This document shows, one piece after another, positions 27,314-37,444 of a stretch of DNA of 40,846 nucleotides (position 1 is the first letter of the stretch; each line of letters opens with the position of its first letter). The notes beneath the pieces are model-generated. The model saw nothing but the letters and a program-made list of their open reading frames with translations. It ran no database searches and was not told the origin of the DNA. The stretch covers positions 1 through 40,846 of the forward strand of contig PTKB01000001.1 in assembly GCA_002937555.1 (NCBI GenBank). Reading direction: 5' to 3'. The position numbers and the translations under genes were made by a program. This DNA comes from Alphaproteobacteria bacterium MarineAlpha10_Bin2 (GTDB lineage: Bacteria; Pseudomonadota; Alphaproteobacteria; UBA828).

Positions 27314-28603
27314 ATGTTGAACAGGGTCGAAATATCGTCCATCCGAGCTGTCCTCGGGGCGGCGCTTCTGTTCGCGGCTGTGGTCGGTGCGCTGATTCAG
27401 CCGCAAAGTCCGGCGCGCGGGCAGGAGATCATGCGCATCGCTGCCGTGGTCAACGACGACGTCATTTCAATCTATGACCTGGCGGCTCGGGTCAAAATTG
27501 TCGTCGCGTCATCCAACTTGAGGGATGCGCCGGAGCTGCGCCGCCAAATCGCGCCCCAAGTCTTGCGTACGTTGGTGGACGAATATCTTCAAACCCAGGA
27601 AGCGGCCCGCCTGGATATCGCTGTTACCGAGCGCGATATTGAATTTACCATCGACCAGATCGAACAGAAGCGCGGAATGGGTGAAGGCGGATTCGACAAA
27701 TTTGTACGCACCCACCGCCTGGACCGTGATGCGCTCCTCACCCAAATCAGAGCTGAAATCGCCTGGACAAAATTGATCAGGCGCCGGCTGAACTCGGCGA
27801 TCTCAGTCGGTGAGGATGAGATCGACGAAGCTTTGGCACGTCTGGAAAACAGCCGCGGACAACCCGAATACCGGGTGGCGGAAATATTCCTTTCCATCGA
27901 ATCGACCGCCCAGGAGCGGGAGATCATGAAAACGGCGGAGAATTTGCTCACGCAATTGCGCCAGGGTGCAGATTTTCGGGGCATCGCCCGCCAATTTTCG
28001 CAAAGCGCCACGTCGGCCGTCGGCGGCGATATCGGCTGGGTCATCCTCGGCCAATTGCCGGTTGAGATAGACACGATTTTGCCTGCCATGGCGCCGGGGG
28101 ATATTTCGGACGTTGTCCACACGTTCGACGGCGTCCATATCATCAAGCTCATCGACAGGCGTACCGTTTTGACGGCGAACCCCTTGGATTCCCGTCTCCA
28201 TTTGGCGCAGCTCATTGTCGAGGATTTCGGTGCCGACAGCGAGCCGGTGTTGGAACAAATCAGACTATTGCATGCTCAGTCGGAGAATTGTCCCGACATG
28301 CTACGCCAGACCGCCAATTTCACCTCTTCGCAATCAGGTGACCTGGGCGAACTCAGGCTTGGCGACATGCCGCAGGAGCTCAGTCAGGCCGTGCAAGATT
28401 TACAGGCCATGCAGTTAAGCGCGCCGCTTCCGTTCGGCCGTGGCTTCAGAATATTGATGGTCTGCAGTCGGGTAGAGGCCGAGGTCGAACTGCCGACACG
28501 CGAGTCGATGCGCCGGGATATCGGCAACCGGCGTCTGGAATTGCAGGCACGGCGCTATTTGCGTGATCTCCGGCGCACCGCATTTGTCGATTTTCGTGTC
28601 TGA
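27314..28603 (+). CDS. surA: Periplasmic chaperone / parvulin PPIase SurA
   Basis: Signal peptide, SurA N-domain ([15 protein letters not shown]...), parvulin domain ([23 protein letters not shown]...[13 protein letters not shown]), and lptD-surA-rsmA context. Confidence 0.85.
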   Translation: MLNRVEISSIRAVLGAALLFAAVVGALIQPQSPARGQEIMRIAAVVNDDVISIYDLAARVKIVVASSNLRDAPELRRQIAPQVLRTLVDEYLQTQEAARLDIAVTERDIEFTIDQIEQKRGMGEGGFDKFVRTHRLDRDALLTQIRAEIAWTKLIRRRLNSAISVGEDEIDEALARLENSRGQPEYRVAEIFLSIESTAQEREIMKTAENLLTQLRQGADFRGIARQFSQSATSAVGGDIGWVILGQLPVEIDTILPAMAPGDISDVVHTFDGVHIIKLIDRRTVLTANPLDSRLHLAQLIVEDFGADSEPVLEQIRLLHAQSENCPDMLRQTANFTSSQSGDLGELRLGDMPQELSQAVQDLQAMQLSAPLPFGRGFRILMVCSRVEAEVELPTRESMRRDIGNRRLELQARRYLRDLRRTAFVDFRV

Positions 28604-29456
28604 AACGAGCGCGGATAACAAGATTGAGAGCCTTGCCGAAACGATATCTCGCCATGGCCTGAGCGCCCGCAAGTCTCTCGGCCAGCATTTTCTTCTCGAC
28701 TCAAATCTGTGCGCAAGAATTGCCCGCGCGGCGGCGCCGCTCGACCAAGTGACGGTTCTGGAAGTGGGCCCCGGCCCCGGCGGCCTGACGCGCGCCATTT
28801 TGGAGGCCGGTGCCAAGCGTATCGTTGCGGTTGAGCGTGACAAGCGCTGTGTCGCCGCATTGGGGGAGCTTGTCCGCGCGTGGCCGGGGCGCTTGGAAAT
28901 AATCGAGGCGGATGCGCTCAAAATCGACCTGAATGAGCGTCTTTCCGGACCGGTCAAGATCGTTGCCAACTTGCCTTACAATGTGGGTACGGCCCTGTTG
29001 ATCGGCTGGCTCGGCGCACCGGAACGCTATGACAGCCTCACCCTGATGTTCCAGAAAGAAGTCGCGGCCCGACTGACCGCAGAACCGGCGACGAAAGACT
29101 ATGGCCGTCTCTCCATATTGGCGCAGTGGCGTTGCGAAACGCGCCGTCTGTTCGATGTCAGCGCCAAGGCGTTCACGCCGCCGCCGAAGGTCACCTCCTC
29201 GGTGGTAGAGCTGATACCACGCTTAGCCCCGCTCTTTCCCGCTGCACCGTCGGCATTGAGCCGCGTGACTGCAGCAGCATTCGGCCAGCGGCGCAAGATG
29301 ATGCGCGCCGCCTTGAAAGGACTGGTGGCCGATCCCGAAAAGTTTCTCAGCGCCAACGGGATCGATCCCCAGGCGCGTGCCGAAACTTTGGACATTGAAG
29401 CATTTTGCGCTCTCGCCCGCGCATTGCCGGAATCCAAAGAGCCCCCCGGAGAATAA
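28563..29456 (+). CDS. rsmA: 16S rRNA (adenine1518/1519-N6)-dimethyltransferase
   Basis: [29 protein letters not shown] and [12 protein letters not shown] motifs. The start is uncertain: GTG 28563, TTG 28584 and GTG 28596 are all in frame and all overlap or abut the surA end. Confidence 0.9.
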   Translation: MISGAPHLSIFVSETSADNKIESLAETISRHGLSARKSLGQHFLLDSNLCARIARAAAPLDQVTVLEVGPGPGGLTRAILEAGAKRIVAVERDKRCVAALGELVRAWPGRLEIIEADALKIDLNERLSGPVKIVANLPYNVGTALLIGWLGAPERYDSLTLMFQKEVAARLTAEPATKDYGRLSILAQWRCETRRLFDVSAKAFTPPPKVTSSVVELIPRLAPLFPAAPSALSRVTAAAFGQRRKMMRAALKGLVADPEKFLSANGIDPQARAETLDIEAFCALARALPESKEPPGE

Positions 29457-29626
29457 TATTACTTGCCTGCGTCAGCTCTTACCGGTATGTCCTCGCCCGC
29501 GATGACCAGATACTTCAAACAGCGACGACGACGCGCTTCGACACAATTCAAGGGTTAGCGCGCGGCGGAGGAACCCGCGGTGCGCCCCTGCCTTCGCACC
29601 ACATTCCACCGTCGAAAGTTCGTGCC

Positions 29627-30121
29627 ATGTTTGAAATCTCCCGCGAGGGGCCAATGGACGGTCCCGCTATCGAAACATTGTTGGATGCCGCCTTCGGTCC
29701 GGCGCGTCACGCCCTGCCTTCCTATTTCTTACGCGACGGCATTGACCCGGTCGCCGAGCTTTGCTTTGTCGCCCAGCAGCGCGGCGTCATCGTGGGCACA
29801 ATTCGATACTGGCCTCTCGCCATCCCGGGCGCGCGGTCGGCGCTTCTCCTCGGCCCCATCGCGGTGGACGCGGCGCATGGCGATCTTGGCATCGGCAGCC
29901 GCTTGATCGAACACAGCCTTAGCGCGGCGCGCGCGCGCGGCCATGACGCCGTGGCGGCCATCGGCGCCGCCGGCTATCTCGGCCGTTTCGGATTTCATCC
30001 GGCGCTGGAATTCGCTCTCGAATTTCCGGCCGCGGTGGCGGCAGATCGATTTCATGCCTTGGAACTGATCCCGAACGCATTGCGCGGCGGTGGCGGCATG
30101 CTGGCACGGTCGAGCGGATAG
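29627..30121 (+). CDS. GNAT-family N-acetyltransferase (YhbS/COG3153-like)
   Basis: MFEISREGPMDGPAIETLLDAAFG...LLLGPIAVDAAHGDLGIGSRLIEHSL...YLGRFGFHPA. The start is set at the internal ATG at 29627. Confidence 0.7.
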   Translation: MFEISREGPMDGPAIETLLDAAFGPARHALPSYFLRDGIDPVAELCFVAQQRGVIVGTIRYWPLAIPGARSALLLGPIAVDAAHGDLGIGSRLIEHSLSAARARGHDAVAAIGAAGYLGRFGFHPALEFALEFPAAVAADRFHALELIPNALRGGGGMLARSSG

Positions 30122-30133
30122 AGGGCGCCGGAC

Positions 30134-30823
30134 TTAGCTGCGGTCTTCGGTGAGGGAATTCACGAAGGCATCCAATCCGGTATAGCGTTCGCGGCGCGTG
30201 CGCTCGGCATTCAAAATGGCGCGCGCCGCGGCAACGCTGTCGTCAAGCGCCCGATTGATTACGATATGATCATATTCGCCGTAATGGCTCAATTCATCGA
30301 CCGCCTTGGCCATGCGTGCGGCCACGACTTCGGCGCTGTCCTGGGCACGACGCATGAGGCGGCTTTCCAACTCGCTGAGCGATGGCGGCAGCACGAACAC
30401 GCGCACGACGTCTTGCGGCACCGCTTGCGCCAATTGCTGCGCGCCCTGCCAATCGATATCGAAGATTACATCGAAGCCGTCGGCGAGCATTTCTTCGACC
30501 TGATCGCGCGGCGTGCCGTAACTATGTCCGAACACTTCCGCGTGCTCGAGAAATCCGCCCTGCGCTGCCATCTGATCGAACTTGGCTTGGCTGACAAAAA
30601 GATAGTCGCGCCCGTCCAACTCGTCGGGGCGCTTGGGCCGGGTTGTCGCCGAGACCGACATTCGCGTGCCCGGCTCGAGCTCAAGCAGCCGGCGTGCAAT
30701 GGTGGTCTTGCCCGCGCCCGAAGGCGAAGAGAGGACGAACAGAATCCCGCGCCGGGCGATCCGCCCGAATTCGTCACTTCCCTCCCCGGCGCCGGCTTCA
30801 CTCAATGTTTTGCACCTGCTCAC
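30134..30823 (-). CDS. gmk: Guanylate kinase
   Basis: ILFVLSSPSGAGKTTIARRLL, ...SVSATTRPKRPDELDGRDYLFVS..., EHAEVFGHSYGTP. The start is uncertain, and the track start overlaps the yicC end by 26 nt. Confidence 0.9.
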   Translation of the reverse strand: MSRCKTLSEAGAGEGSDEFGRIARRGILFVLSSPSGAGKTTIARRLLELEPGTRMSVSATTRPKRPDELDGRDYLFVSQAKFDQMAAQGGFLEHAEVFGHSYGTPRDQVEEMLADGFDVIFDIDWQGAQQLAQAVPQDVVRVFVLPPSLSELESRLMRRAQDSAEVVAARMAKAVDELSHYGEYDHIVINRALDDSVAAARAILNAERTRRERYTGLDAFVNSLTEDRS

Positions 30824-31685
30824 GGAACTGATCGATCACGGCCTTGAGCTCGAGCCCGATGTCGCTCAATTGCGCGTCGTTGGATTTAGCGCACAGGGTG
30901 TTGGCCTCGCGGTTCAATTCCTGAGCCAGAAAATCCAGTTTGCGCCCGACCGCGCCGCCTTGCGACAACAACGCACCGGCGGCGGCAATGTGCGTTGCCA
31001 GGCGGTCCAATTCCTCGCGAACATCCGATTTAACGGCGAGGATCGCGAGTTCCTGGGCGAGGCGTTCCTCCAGCGCCGGCGCGCCAGCTTCCAAAAGCGC
31101 CGCAACCTGCGCAGCCAGGCGCGCCTTGGCCGCTTCCGGGCGCAATGACGCGCACTCTCCGGCACGCTGGCTGAGGCGCTCCATCTCTGCTAATTGCGCG
31201 CCGACGATTTCGCCCAGACTGGCGCCTTCCGCCGCGCGCGCTGCGGATAATTCGTCGAGCAACTCGTCCATGCTCGCCTCGATTGCCTTGTCACGCGCCG
31301 CGCAATCGTCGCCAGCCTCGATTTCGTCCACCGGCTCGATGACGCCGCGTAGCGCCAACAGGCCGTCCAGGCCAGGACGCTCAATGCCCTCGGCGCCGCG
31401 ATACTCGCCGGCGAGCGCGATCAAATCGTCAAGCAGTTCCCGGTTCACCCGCACTTGTGACGTTCCGGCCTGGCGCGTGAGGCGCAAATTTATCGAGACA
31501 TTACCGCGCTTGAAGCGGGCCGCCACAGCTTTGCGCAACGCCGGTTCAAGCGCTTCCAGGCCGTTGCCGAGCCGGCAGCGCAGATCGAGGCCGCGCCCGT
31601 TGACGCTCTTTGCCTCCCAAACCCAATCGGCAGTTCCGTCGCGCCCTTCGGCGCGGGCGAAACCTGTCATGCTGTGGACGCTCAC
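30798..31685 (-). CDS. yicC: YicC-family stress-induced protein
   Basis: N-terminus ..SMTGFARAEG... and C-terminus GRKLDFLAQELNREANTLCAKSND...IGLELKAVIDQFREQVQNIE are typical of YicC. It precedes gmk as usual. Confidence 0.85.
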   Translation of the reverse strand: MSVHSMTGFARAEGRDGTADWVWEAKSVNGRGLDLRCRLGNGLEALEPALRKAVAARFKRGNVSINLRLTRQAGTSQVRVNRELLDDLIALAGEYRGAEGIERPGLDGLLALRGVIEPVDEIEAGDDCAARDKAIEASMDELLDELSAARAAEGASLGEIVGAQLAEMERLSQRAGECASLRPEAAKARLAAQVAALLEAGAPALEERLAQELAILAVKSDVREELDRLATHIAAAGALLSQGGAVGRKLDFLAQELNREANTLCAKSNDAQLSDIGLELKAVIDQFREQVQNIE

Positions 31686-31781
31686 TTTCGCTCCTCCGCC
31701 GCCTGCCGCCGGTCGCGTGGCGGACTATATACCTCGGGCGCAAAAGGCAACAACCGCGCCTTAACGCCGCAGCGGCCTATG

Positions 31782-32786
31782 CTAATCCGCCGCATTCTTT
31801 TGTTGCAGCTTCCGCCAGCGCGCGACATTTTTATTGTGCTCCGCGAGGGTCGCCGCGAAGACATGACCACCGCTTCCATCGGCAACAAAATACAGCGCCT
31901 CGGTGGCCATGGGGTTGAGCACGGCAGCCAGCGATTCGCGCCCGGGATGGGCGATCGGCCGGGGCGGCAAGCCTTTGTGCCGATAGGTGTTGAACGGGCT
32001 GTCCGCCGCCAGATCGTCTTTGCTCAAGGGGCGACCCAGAGGCGCCTCGCCGCCGGTCACGGCGAAGATCACCGTGGGGTCGGATTGGAGACGCATGTCC
32101 TTGCGCAGGCGATTGACGAACACCCCCGCCACCTGCGGGCGTTCCGCCGCGAGTGCGGTTTCCTTCTCGACGATCGAGGCCAGCACCAACGCTTGTTCCG
32201 GCGTGTCGAACGGCAAATTCTCAGCACGGTTCGGCCACAACTCGGCCATGAGTCTATGCATGCCCGCTTCCATGCGGTGGATCAAATCCGTCCGGCTGTC
32301 TCCTCGGCGATAAAAATAAGTCTCCGGGAGAAGCGCGCCCTCGGGCGGAATTTCCGCCATGTCGCCAGCCAGCGCCTCGGCGCTTTCGAGCAAGCGACCG
32401 ATGTCGGCGCTGGTCACACCCTCGGGTATGGTCAAGCGGTGCTCCACGATCCTTCCCGCGCGTATGATTTCCATCGCCTGGCGTGGCGTCACACCGGGTG
32501 GAAATACATACTCTCCAGCCTTTAACGCACTGCTGTGCCCGCTTTGCCACACGCCGACGGCAAACACGTTGGGGTCCTCCACCACGCCCGCTTCATAAAG
32601 TGCCTCGGCGATCTCCCAGACGCCACTTCCCGGCGCAAGCATCAGGGTACGCGGCGTGTCCAGCGTATTGGCCGATTCGAAATTTTGGTCGAGATATATC
32701 CAGCCGGCGATGCAGGCCGCAACAACAATGACGATGGATGCGACAATCCAGATTAGCGCGCGCCGATACGGTGCGGCCAAAGCCAT
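31782..32786 (-). CDS. mltG: Endolytic murein transglycosylase MltG (YceG-like)
   Basis: N-terminal TM anchor, then ...VLASIVEKETALAAERPQVAGVFVNRLRKDMRLQSDPTVIF... and NTYRHKGLPPRPIAHPGRESL. Confidence 0.9.
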   Translation of the reverse strand: MALAAPYRRALIWIVASIVIVVAACIAGWIYLDQNFESANTLDTPRTLMLAPGSGVWEIAEALYEAGVVEDPNVFAVGVWQSGHSSALKAGEYVFPPGVTPRQAMEIIRAGRIVEHRLTIPEGVTSADIGRLLESAEALAGDMAEIPPEGALLPETYFYRRGDSRTDLIHRMEAGMHRLMAELWPNRAENLPFDTPEQALVLASIVEKETALAAERPQVAGVFVNRLRKDMRLQSDPTVIFAVTGGEAPLGRPLSKDDLAADSPFNTYRHKGLPPRPIAHPGRESLAAVLNPMATEALYFVADGSGGHVFAATLAEHNKNVARWRKLQQKNAAD

Positions 32787-32792
32787 TGTCGC

Positions 32793-34052
32793 TTAAGCGG
32801 CCTCGCCGATGATCAATGTGGCGTTGGTTCCGCCAAATCCAAAAGAGTTCGACATGGCGCGGCTCACTTTGCGCTCCTTGGCGACCAGCGGCACAAGATC
32901 CAAATCGCAGCCCTCGGAAGGGTCCTCGAGATTAAGCGTCGGCGGAACGACGCCGTTCAGGATCGAGAGGATGGAAAAGATGCACTCGACACTGCCGGCG
33001 GCGCCCAGGAGGTGGCCGATCGAGGATTTCGTCGACGACATCGAGATGCGATCCGCGTCGGCGCCGAACAAGCGCTTGACGGCGTTCAATTCGATCTCGT
33101 CGCCGAGCGGCGTCGAGGTGCCATGGGCGTTGACATAGTCGATATCGCCGGGATTGAGGCCGGCGCTCTTCAGCGCCCGGCTCATCGATTTGAAGCCGCC
33201 GGCGCCGTCCGGCGCCGGCGCGGTGATGTGATAGGCGTCGCCGCTCATGCCGTAGCCCAATATCTCAGCGTAGATATTGGCGCCGCGCTTCTTGGCGTGC
33301 TCATACTCCTCGAGCACCACCACACCGGATCCCTCGCCCATCACGAATCCGTCGCGCGCCTTGTCCCACGGGCGCGACGCCCGCTCGGGCTCGTCGTTGA
33401 AATTTGTGGACAGCGCACGCGAAGCCGAGAAACCGGCAATTCCGAGGCGGCAGATGCCGGCTTCGGCGCCGCCCGCCACCATGACGTCGGCATCGTCCAG
33501 CATGATCAGGCGCGACGCATCGCCGATCGCGTGCGCGCCGGTTGAGCATGCGGTGACGACGGAATGATTGGGTCCCTTGAAGCCGTATTTTATCGAAATA
33601 TGGCCGGATGCCAGATTGATCAAGCTGGATGGAATGAAAAACGGGCTGAGCCGTCGCGGGCCCTTCTCATGCACCAGAATTGCGCCCGTTTCGATGGTTT
33701 GCAGCCCGCCGATGCCGGATCCGATCATGACGCCGCTGCGGTCCTGGTCTTCCTCGCGCTCCGGTTTCCAGCCCGAATCCTCGACCGCCTGGACGGCGGC
33801 GCCGAGCGCAAAGATGATGAACTTGTCCATCCGCCTGGTGTCTTTGCTGGAGACGTATTTCACCGCATCGAACTGGCCGGCCGCTTCGCCGGTGGGCACC
33901 GGCGCCGCGATCTTGGCAGGCAGATCGGAGACATCGAAGCTGTCGATGCCGCGGACGCCGGATTCGGATTCGAGCAGACGCCCCCAACAATGGTCGACGC
34001 CATCGCCAAGCGGCGTGACGAGGCCCATACCGGTGACAACCACGCGTCTCAT
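32793..34052 (-). CDS. fabF: Beta-ketoacyl-ACP synthase II
   Basis: MRRVVVTGMGLVTPLG..., active-site VVTACSTGAHAIGDA, HGTSTPLGD, NSFGFGGTNATLI. Confidence 0.95.
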   Translation of the reverse strand: MRRVVVTGMGLVTPLGDGVDHCWGRLLESESGVRGIDSFDVSDLPAKIAAPVPTGEAAGQFDAVKYVSSKDTRRMDKFIIFALGAAVQAVEDSGWKPEREEDQDRSGVMIGSGIGGLQTIETGAILVHEKGPRRLSPFFIPSSLINLASGHISIKYGFKGPNHSVVTACSTGAHAIGDASRLIMLDDADVMVAGGAEAGICRLGIAGFSASRALSTNFNDEPERASRPWDKARDGFVMGEGSGVVVLEEYEHAKKRGANIYAEILGYGMSGDAYHITAPAPDGAGGFKSMSRALKSAGLNPGDIDYVNAHGTSTPLGDEIELNAVKRLFGADADRISMSSTKSSIGHLLGAAGSVECIFSILSILNGVVPPTLNLEDPSEGCDLDLVPLVAKERKVSRAMSNSFGFGGTNATLIIGEAA

Positions 34053-34140
34053 GATTCGCGTTCCGTGCTCTGAACGTTGCCCGGATGCGGACTCTGTGAA
34101 GCGGCCATCGGCCGGTCCTTCTGGAGCAGCGCAGCCGGTA

Positions 34141-34377
34141 TCAGGTGATTTGCTCGATGTAATTGACCGCGTCTTTGACGGTCAGGATTTTCTCCGCTGC
34201 GTCATCCGGAATTTCGCACCCGAATTCTTCTTCGAAGGCCATGACAAGCTCGACCGTATCGAGGCTGTCGGCGCCCAGATCATCAATAAAACTGGCGCCG
34301 TCCGTCACTTTATCTTCGTCGACGCCCAAATGTTCGACGACAATCTTCTTAACCCGTGCCGGGATATCATCACTCAT
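34141..34377 (-). CDS. acpP: Acyl carrier protein
   Basis: 78 aa with the [21 protein letters not shown] phosphopantetheine-attachment motif. Confidence 0.97.
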   Translation of the reverse strand: MSDDIPARVKKIVVEHLGVDEDKVTDGASFIDDLGADSLDTVELVMAFEEEFGCEIPDDAAEKILTVKDAVNYIEQIT

Positions 34378-34577
34378 TAAACATTCCCTCGGATGTTGCT
34401 TGGCGATCCGTTGAACGAAAGGATTATATGTTCAAACGCTGGCAGGCATAGCCTTGAAATTATCGCGTCAAAGACAAATCTTGGCACGACTCCGGGGCGA
34501 TTCCCCGCCGGCGCGGGCGCTAGTTAACACACTTTCCGGTGCATTGCCACAAGTCAACGCACGGACCTCGCTGGCGC

Positions 34578-35315
34578 TCAGAACATTGCCATGCCACCAT
34601 TGATATGGAGCGTCTGGCCGGTCACGTAAGCGGCCTCGTCGCTGGCCAGATAGACGCAGCCCGCCGCCACGTCATCCACCGCGCCAATATGCGCCGCCGG
34701 TATGGCCGCGACGATGCGCTCGCGCTGTCCTTCGTTCAGCGCTTCGGTCATGGCGGTCTCGATAAATCCCGGGGCTACGCAATTCACCGTCACGCCGCGG
34801 CTCGCGACTTCGGCCGCGAGTGCCTTTGCCAGCCCCGTCAAACCGGACTTGGAAGCTGCGTAATTGGCCTGCCCCGGATTTCCGGTTGCGCCGACCACGG
34901 ATGTAATAAATAGAATTCGCCCCCAGCGCGCCTTCATCATGCCGCGGAGCGACGCGCGCGCGAGCCGGAAACCAGCGCCTAGATTGACGTCGATGACATC
35001 CTGCCACTCAGCATCTTTCATCCTGAAAGCCAAATTGTCGCGCGTGATGCCGGCGCAATGGACCAGAATCTCCGTGCCACCCATCGTCTCGGCGGCACGT
35101 CCCGGTAGGTCCCCCACCGATTGCGGGTCGCTCAGGTCGCAGGGTATGGCATGCGCGCGTGCGCCAAGATCCGCCGCGAGCTGGTTCAGCACCTCTTCCC
35201 GGCTTCCCGATAGCGCCACTTCGGCGCCTTGCGCGTGCAATGCGCGGGCGATCGCGGCGCCAATGCCGCCGGTCGCGCCGGTCACCAAAGCCCGTTTTTC
35301 CGTCAGATCGAACAT
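34578..35315 (-). CDS. fabG: 3-oxoacyl-ACP reductase
   Basis: ALVTGATGGIGAAIARAL, NYAASKSG (YxxxK), 245 aa, in the fabD-fabG-acpP-fabF cluster. Confidence 0.95.
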   Translation of the reverse strand: MFDLTEKRALVTGATGGIGAAIARALHAQGAEVALSGSREEVLNQLAADLGARAHAIPCDLSDPQSVGDLPGRAAETMGGTEILVHCAGITRDNLAFRMKDAEWQDVIDVNLGAGFRLARASLRGMMKARWGRILFITSVVGATGNPGQANYAASKSGLTGLAKALAAEVASRGVTVNCVAPGFIETAMTEALNEGQRERIVAAIPAAHIGAVDDVAAGCVYLASDEAAYVTGQTLHINGGMAMF

Positions 35316-35328
35316 TCCGCTTCCTCGC

Positions 35329-36270
35329 TCACAATGATTTTAGAAATTTATCAACATCTTCAGTTCCGCCAATCGCAACCGCATCCAATTCCGGATCTAT
35401 GCGCCGCGTCAGAGCCTTTAGAACATTCCCGGCGCCGGCATCGACCAGAAATTCAACGCCCTCAGCGCGCATCGCCACCACACATTCGCGCCACCGCACC
35501 ATCGCCGTCACCTGACGTTCGAGCAGATCGCGTATCTCATCCGGTTCGCGCACCGGCCGGGCGCTGACATTGGCAAATACCGGGATGGAAGGCTGGCGGA
35601 TGTCCACCGACTTGAGGGCCGTGGCCATGATTTCGGCGGCAGGCGCCATCAGAGGGCAGTGAAAGGGCGCGCTCACCGGCAGAAGGACCGCTTTTCGCAC
35701 GCCTTTCTCTCCGGCCAGCGCCACGGCGCGGTCGATTGCCGTCTTACTGCCGCTGAGCACGACTTGTCCGGGCGCGTTGTCGTTGGCGAGCACGCACACT
35801 TCATCCGCCGCGGCCTCGTCGGCGATTTCCTTGGCCAGCGCCAGATCGGCGCCCAACAAGGCCGTCATCGCGCCTTCGCCGACCGGTACCGCCTTTTGCA
35901 TAGCCTCACCACGCAGGCGCAGGAGTCGCGCGGCATCGTCAAGAGAAAGGGCGTCAGCCGCGGCGAGGGCGGAATATTCGCCCAGCGAGTGGCCGGCGAC
36001 GGCATCGGCCAATTCGGCGATCTTGCGTCCGCTTTCGCTCTCGATCACCCGAATCACCGCCACTGACATCGCCATCAATGCCGGCTGCGTGTTACGGGTT
36101 AGGCGCAATTCCTCGTCGGGTCCGTCAAAAATGGTCGTCGAAAGCCGCTCTCCCAACGCCTCGTCCACCTCCTCGAAGACCGCACGCGCGGCGGCGAATG
36201 CGCGCGCCAAATCCTGCCCCATGCCAACCCTTTGCGACCCCTGTCCTGGAAACACGAATGCTCGCTGCAC
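35329..36270 (-). CDS. fabD: Malonyl-CoA:ACP transacylase
   Basis: FVFPGQGSQRVGMG, active-site GHSLGEYSALAAA, 313 aa. Confidence 0.95.
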   Translation of the reverse strand: MQRAFVFPGQGSQRVGMGQDLARAFAAARAVFEEVDEALGERLSTTIFDGPDEELRLTRNTQPALMAMSVAVIRVIESESGRKIAELADAVAGHSLGEYSALAAADALSLDDAARLLRLRGEAMQKAVPVGEGAMTALLGADLALAKEIADEAAADEVCVLANDNAPGQVVLSGSKTAIDRAVALAGEKGVRKAVLLPVSAPFHCPLMAPAAEIMATALKSVDIRQPSIPVFANVSARPVREPDEIRDLLERQVTAMVRWRECVVAMRAEGVEFLVDAGAGNVLKALTRRIDPELDAVAIGGTEDVDKFLKSL

Positions 36271-36513
36271 GTCCGGATAATCTCCCTGGTTTGTGCCCCC
36301 GATCCGTTCACCGGGCGGGCAAAGGTTGACCGCGCTCCCAGCCCTGTCAAGCGCCCTTGCACGGCACGGGCAATCCTGTATAGTGCGGCGCCTCGGCAGC
36401 GCTGCGAGCAGAATGTTTGCGGCGGTTTTCGCCTATTTGAAAGGCCCAATTCGGGCTTTGACAGGTACGAGATACGCGCCGAGCGTTTAAGGAATTTGAG
36501 GAGAAGCCTCCAC

Positions 36514-37026
36514 ATGCCGCTCTACGAGAGCACGTTAATTGCGCGCCCGGACATATCGGGACAACAGGTCGAGGGCCTGTCCGAACAATTTCAGGAAATC
36601 GTCCGCGACAATGGCGGCGCGGTGGCGAAGACCGAATATTGGGGCTTGCGCAGCCTGACTTACCGAATCAAGAAGAACCGCAAGGGCCACTATCTGCACA
36701 TGCAGATCGATGCGCCGGCGGCGGCAATCGCCGAGATGGAACGCAATATGCGCATCAACGAAGATGTGATGCGCTATTTGACAATCAAGGTCGACGCGCT
36801 CGATCCCGAGCCTTCTGCGGTGATGCAGTCGAAAGGATCCCGTGACAGCCGCGGCAGGGGCGAATACCGCAGCCGCGGTGGCGAGCATGGCGGCGGGCGG
36901 CGTGACGGGCCGGTGGGTTCGTCGGATGCGGCGAGCTCGGAAAAACCCGCGGCGGCCAAGGCGGATGAGGACACCGGAGCAGCCAAGACCGAGCCCGAGA
37001 CCGAGACAAAAGCAGTTGAAGATTGA
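36514..37026 (+). CDS. rpsF: 30S ribosomal protein S6 with long charged C-terminal extension
   Basis: GAGGAG RBS upstream of the ATG at 36514. MPLYESTLIARPDISGQQVEGL...EYWGLRSLTYRIKKNRKGHY. The tail is rich in R/G, then in D/E/K/A/T. Confidence 0.95.
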   Translation: MPLYESTLIARPDISGQQVEGLSEQFQEIVRDNGGAVAKTEYWGLRSLTYRIKKNRKGHYLHMQIDAPAAAIAEMERNMRINEDVMRYLTIKVDALDPEPSAVMQSKGSRDSRGRGEYRSRGGEHGGGRRDGPVGSSDAASSEKPAAAKADEDTGAAKTEPETETKAVED

Positions 37027-37046
37027 GCCGAGAGCGGAGTTGAAGA

Positions 37047-37385
37047 ATGGGTGATATGTCAGAAGGCCGCGGTGGCGGCGACGCAGGCGGATATGCCAGA
37101 CGCGGTGGCCCGCGCGGCGGTGGCGGTGGCGGCGGCGGAAATCTACCGTCGGTGTCCTTTCCCCGCAGGCCGTTTTTTCGCCGCCGCAAATCCTGCCCGT
37201 TCAGTGGCGCTCATGCCCCGAAAATCGATTACAAAGATACCAAAATGCTGTCCCGCTTCCTGTCCGAACGCGGCAAGATTGTGCCCAGCCGCATCACCGC
37301 CGTGTCGGTCAAGAAACAGCGCGAACTGGCCCGCGCCATCAAGCGCGCCCGGCATTTGGCGCTCTTGCCCTACGTCATAAAATAA
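37047..37385 (+). CDS. rpsR: 30S ribosomal protein S18 with Gly/Arg-rich N-terminal extension
   Basis: ...[71 protein letters not shown]. The N-terminus reads [26 protein letters not shown]. Confidence 0.93.
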   Translation: MGDMSEGRGGGDAGGYARRGGPRGGGGGGGGNLPSVSFPRRPFFRRRKSCPFSGAHAPKIDYKDTKMLSRFLSERGKIVPSRITAVSVKKQRELARAIKRARHLALLPYVIK

Positions 37386-37444
37386 GCGCCGGATTGGACG
37401 ACAGGTCTGAGCCGGCGGCACGTGCCATCTAGGAGTCGTTAGCC

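Noticed and set aside
36458-36486. Perfect TTGACA at 36458-36463 as the rpsF promoter -35 box
   Set aside because: There is no acceptable -10 hexamer at 16-18 nt spacing (GAGCGT/AGCGTT), so the evidence is too weak to list as a feature. A structured S6:S18 autoregulatory leader could exist in 36464-36513, but I cannot verify it by eye.
37111-37137. Gly-codon tract in rpsR (GGC GGT GGC GGT GGC GGC GGC GGA) as a slippage-prone phase-variation repeat
   Set aside because: The tract is an imperfect mix of codons in units of three, so slippage would keep the frame. It sits in an essential ribosomal protein gene.
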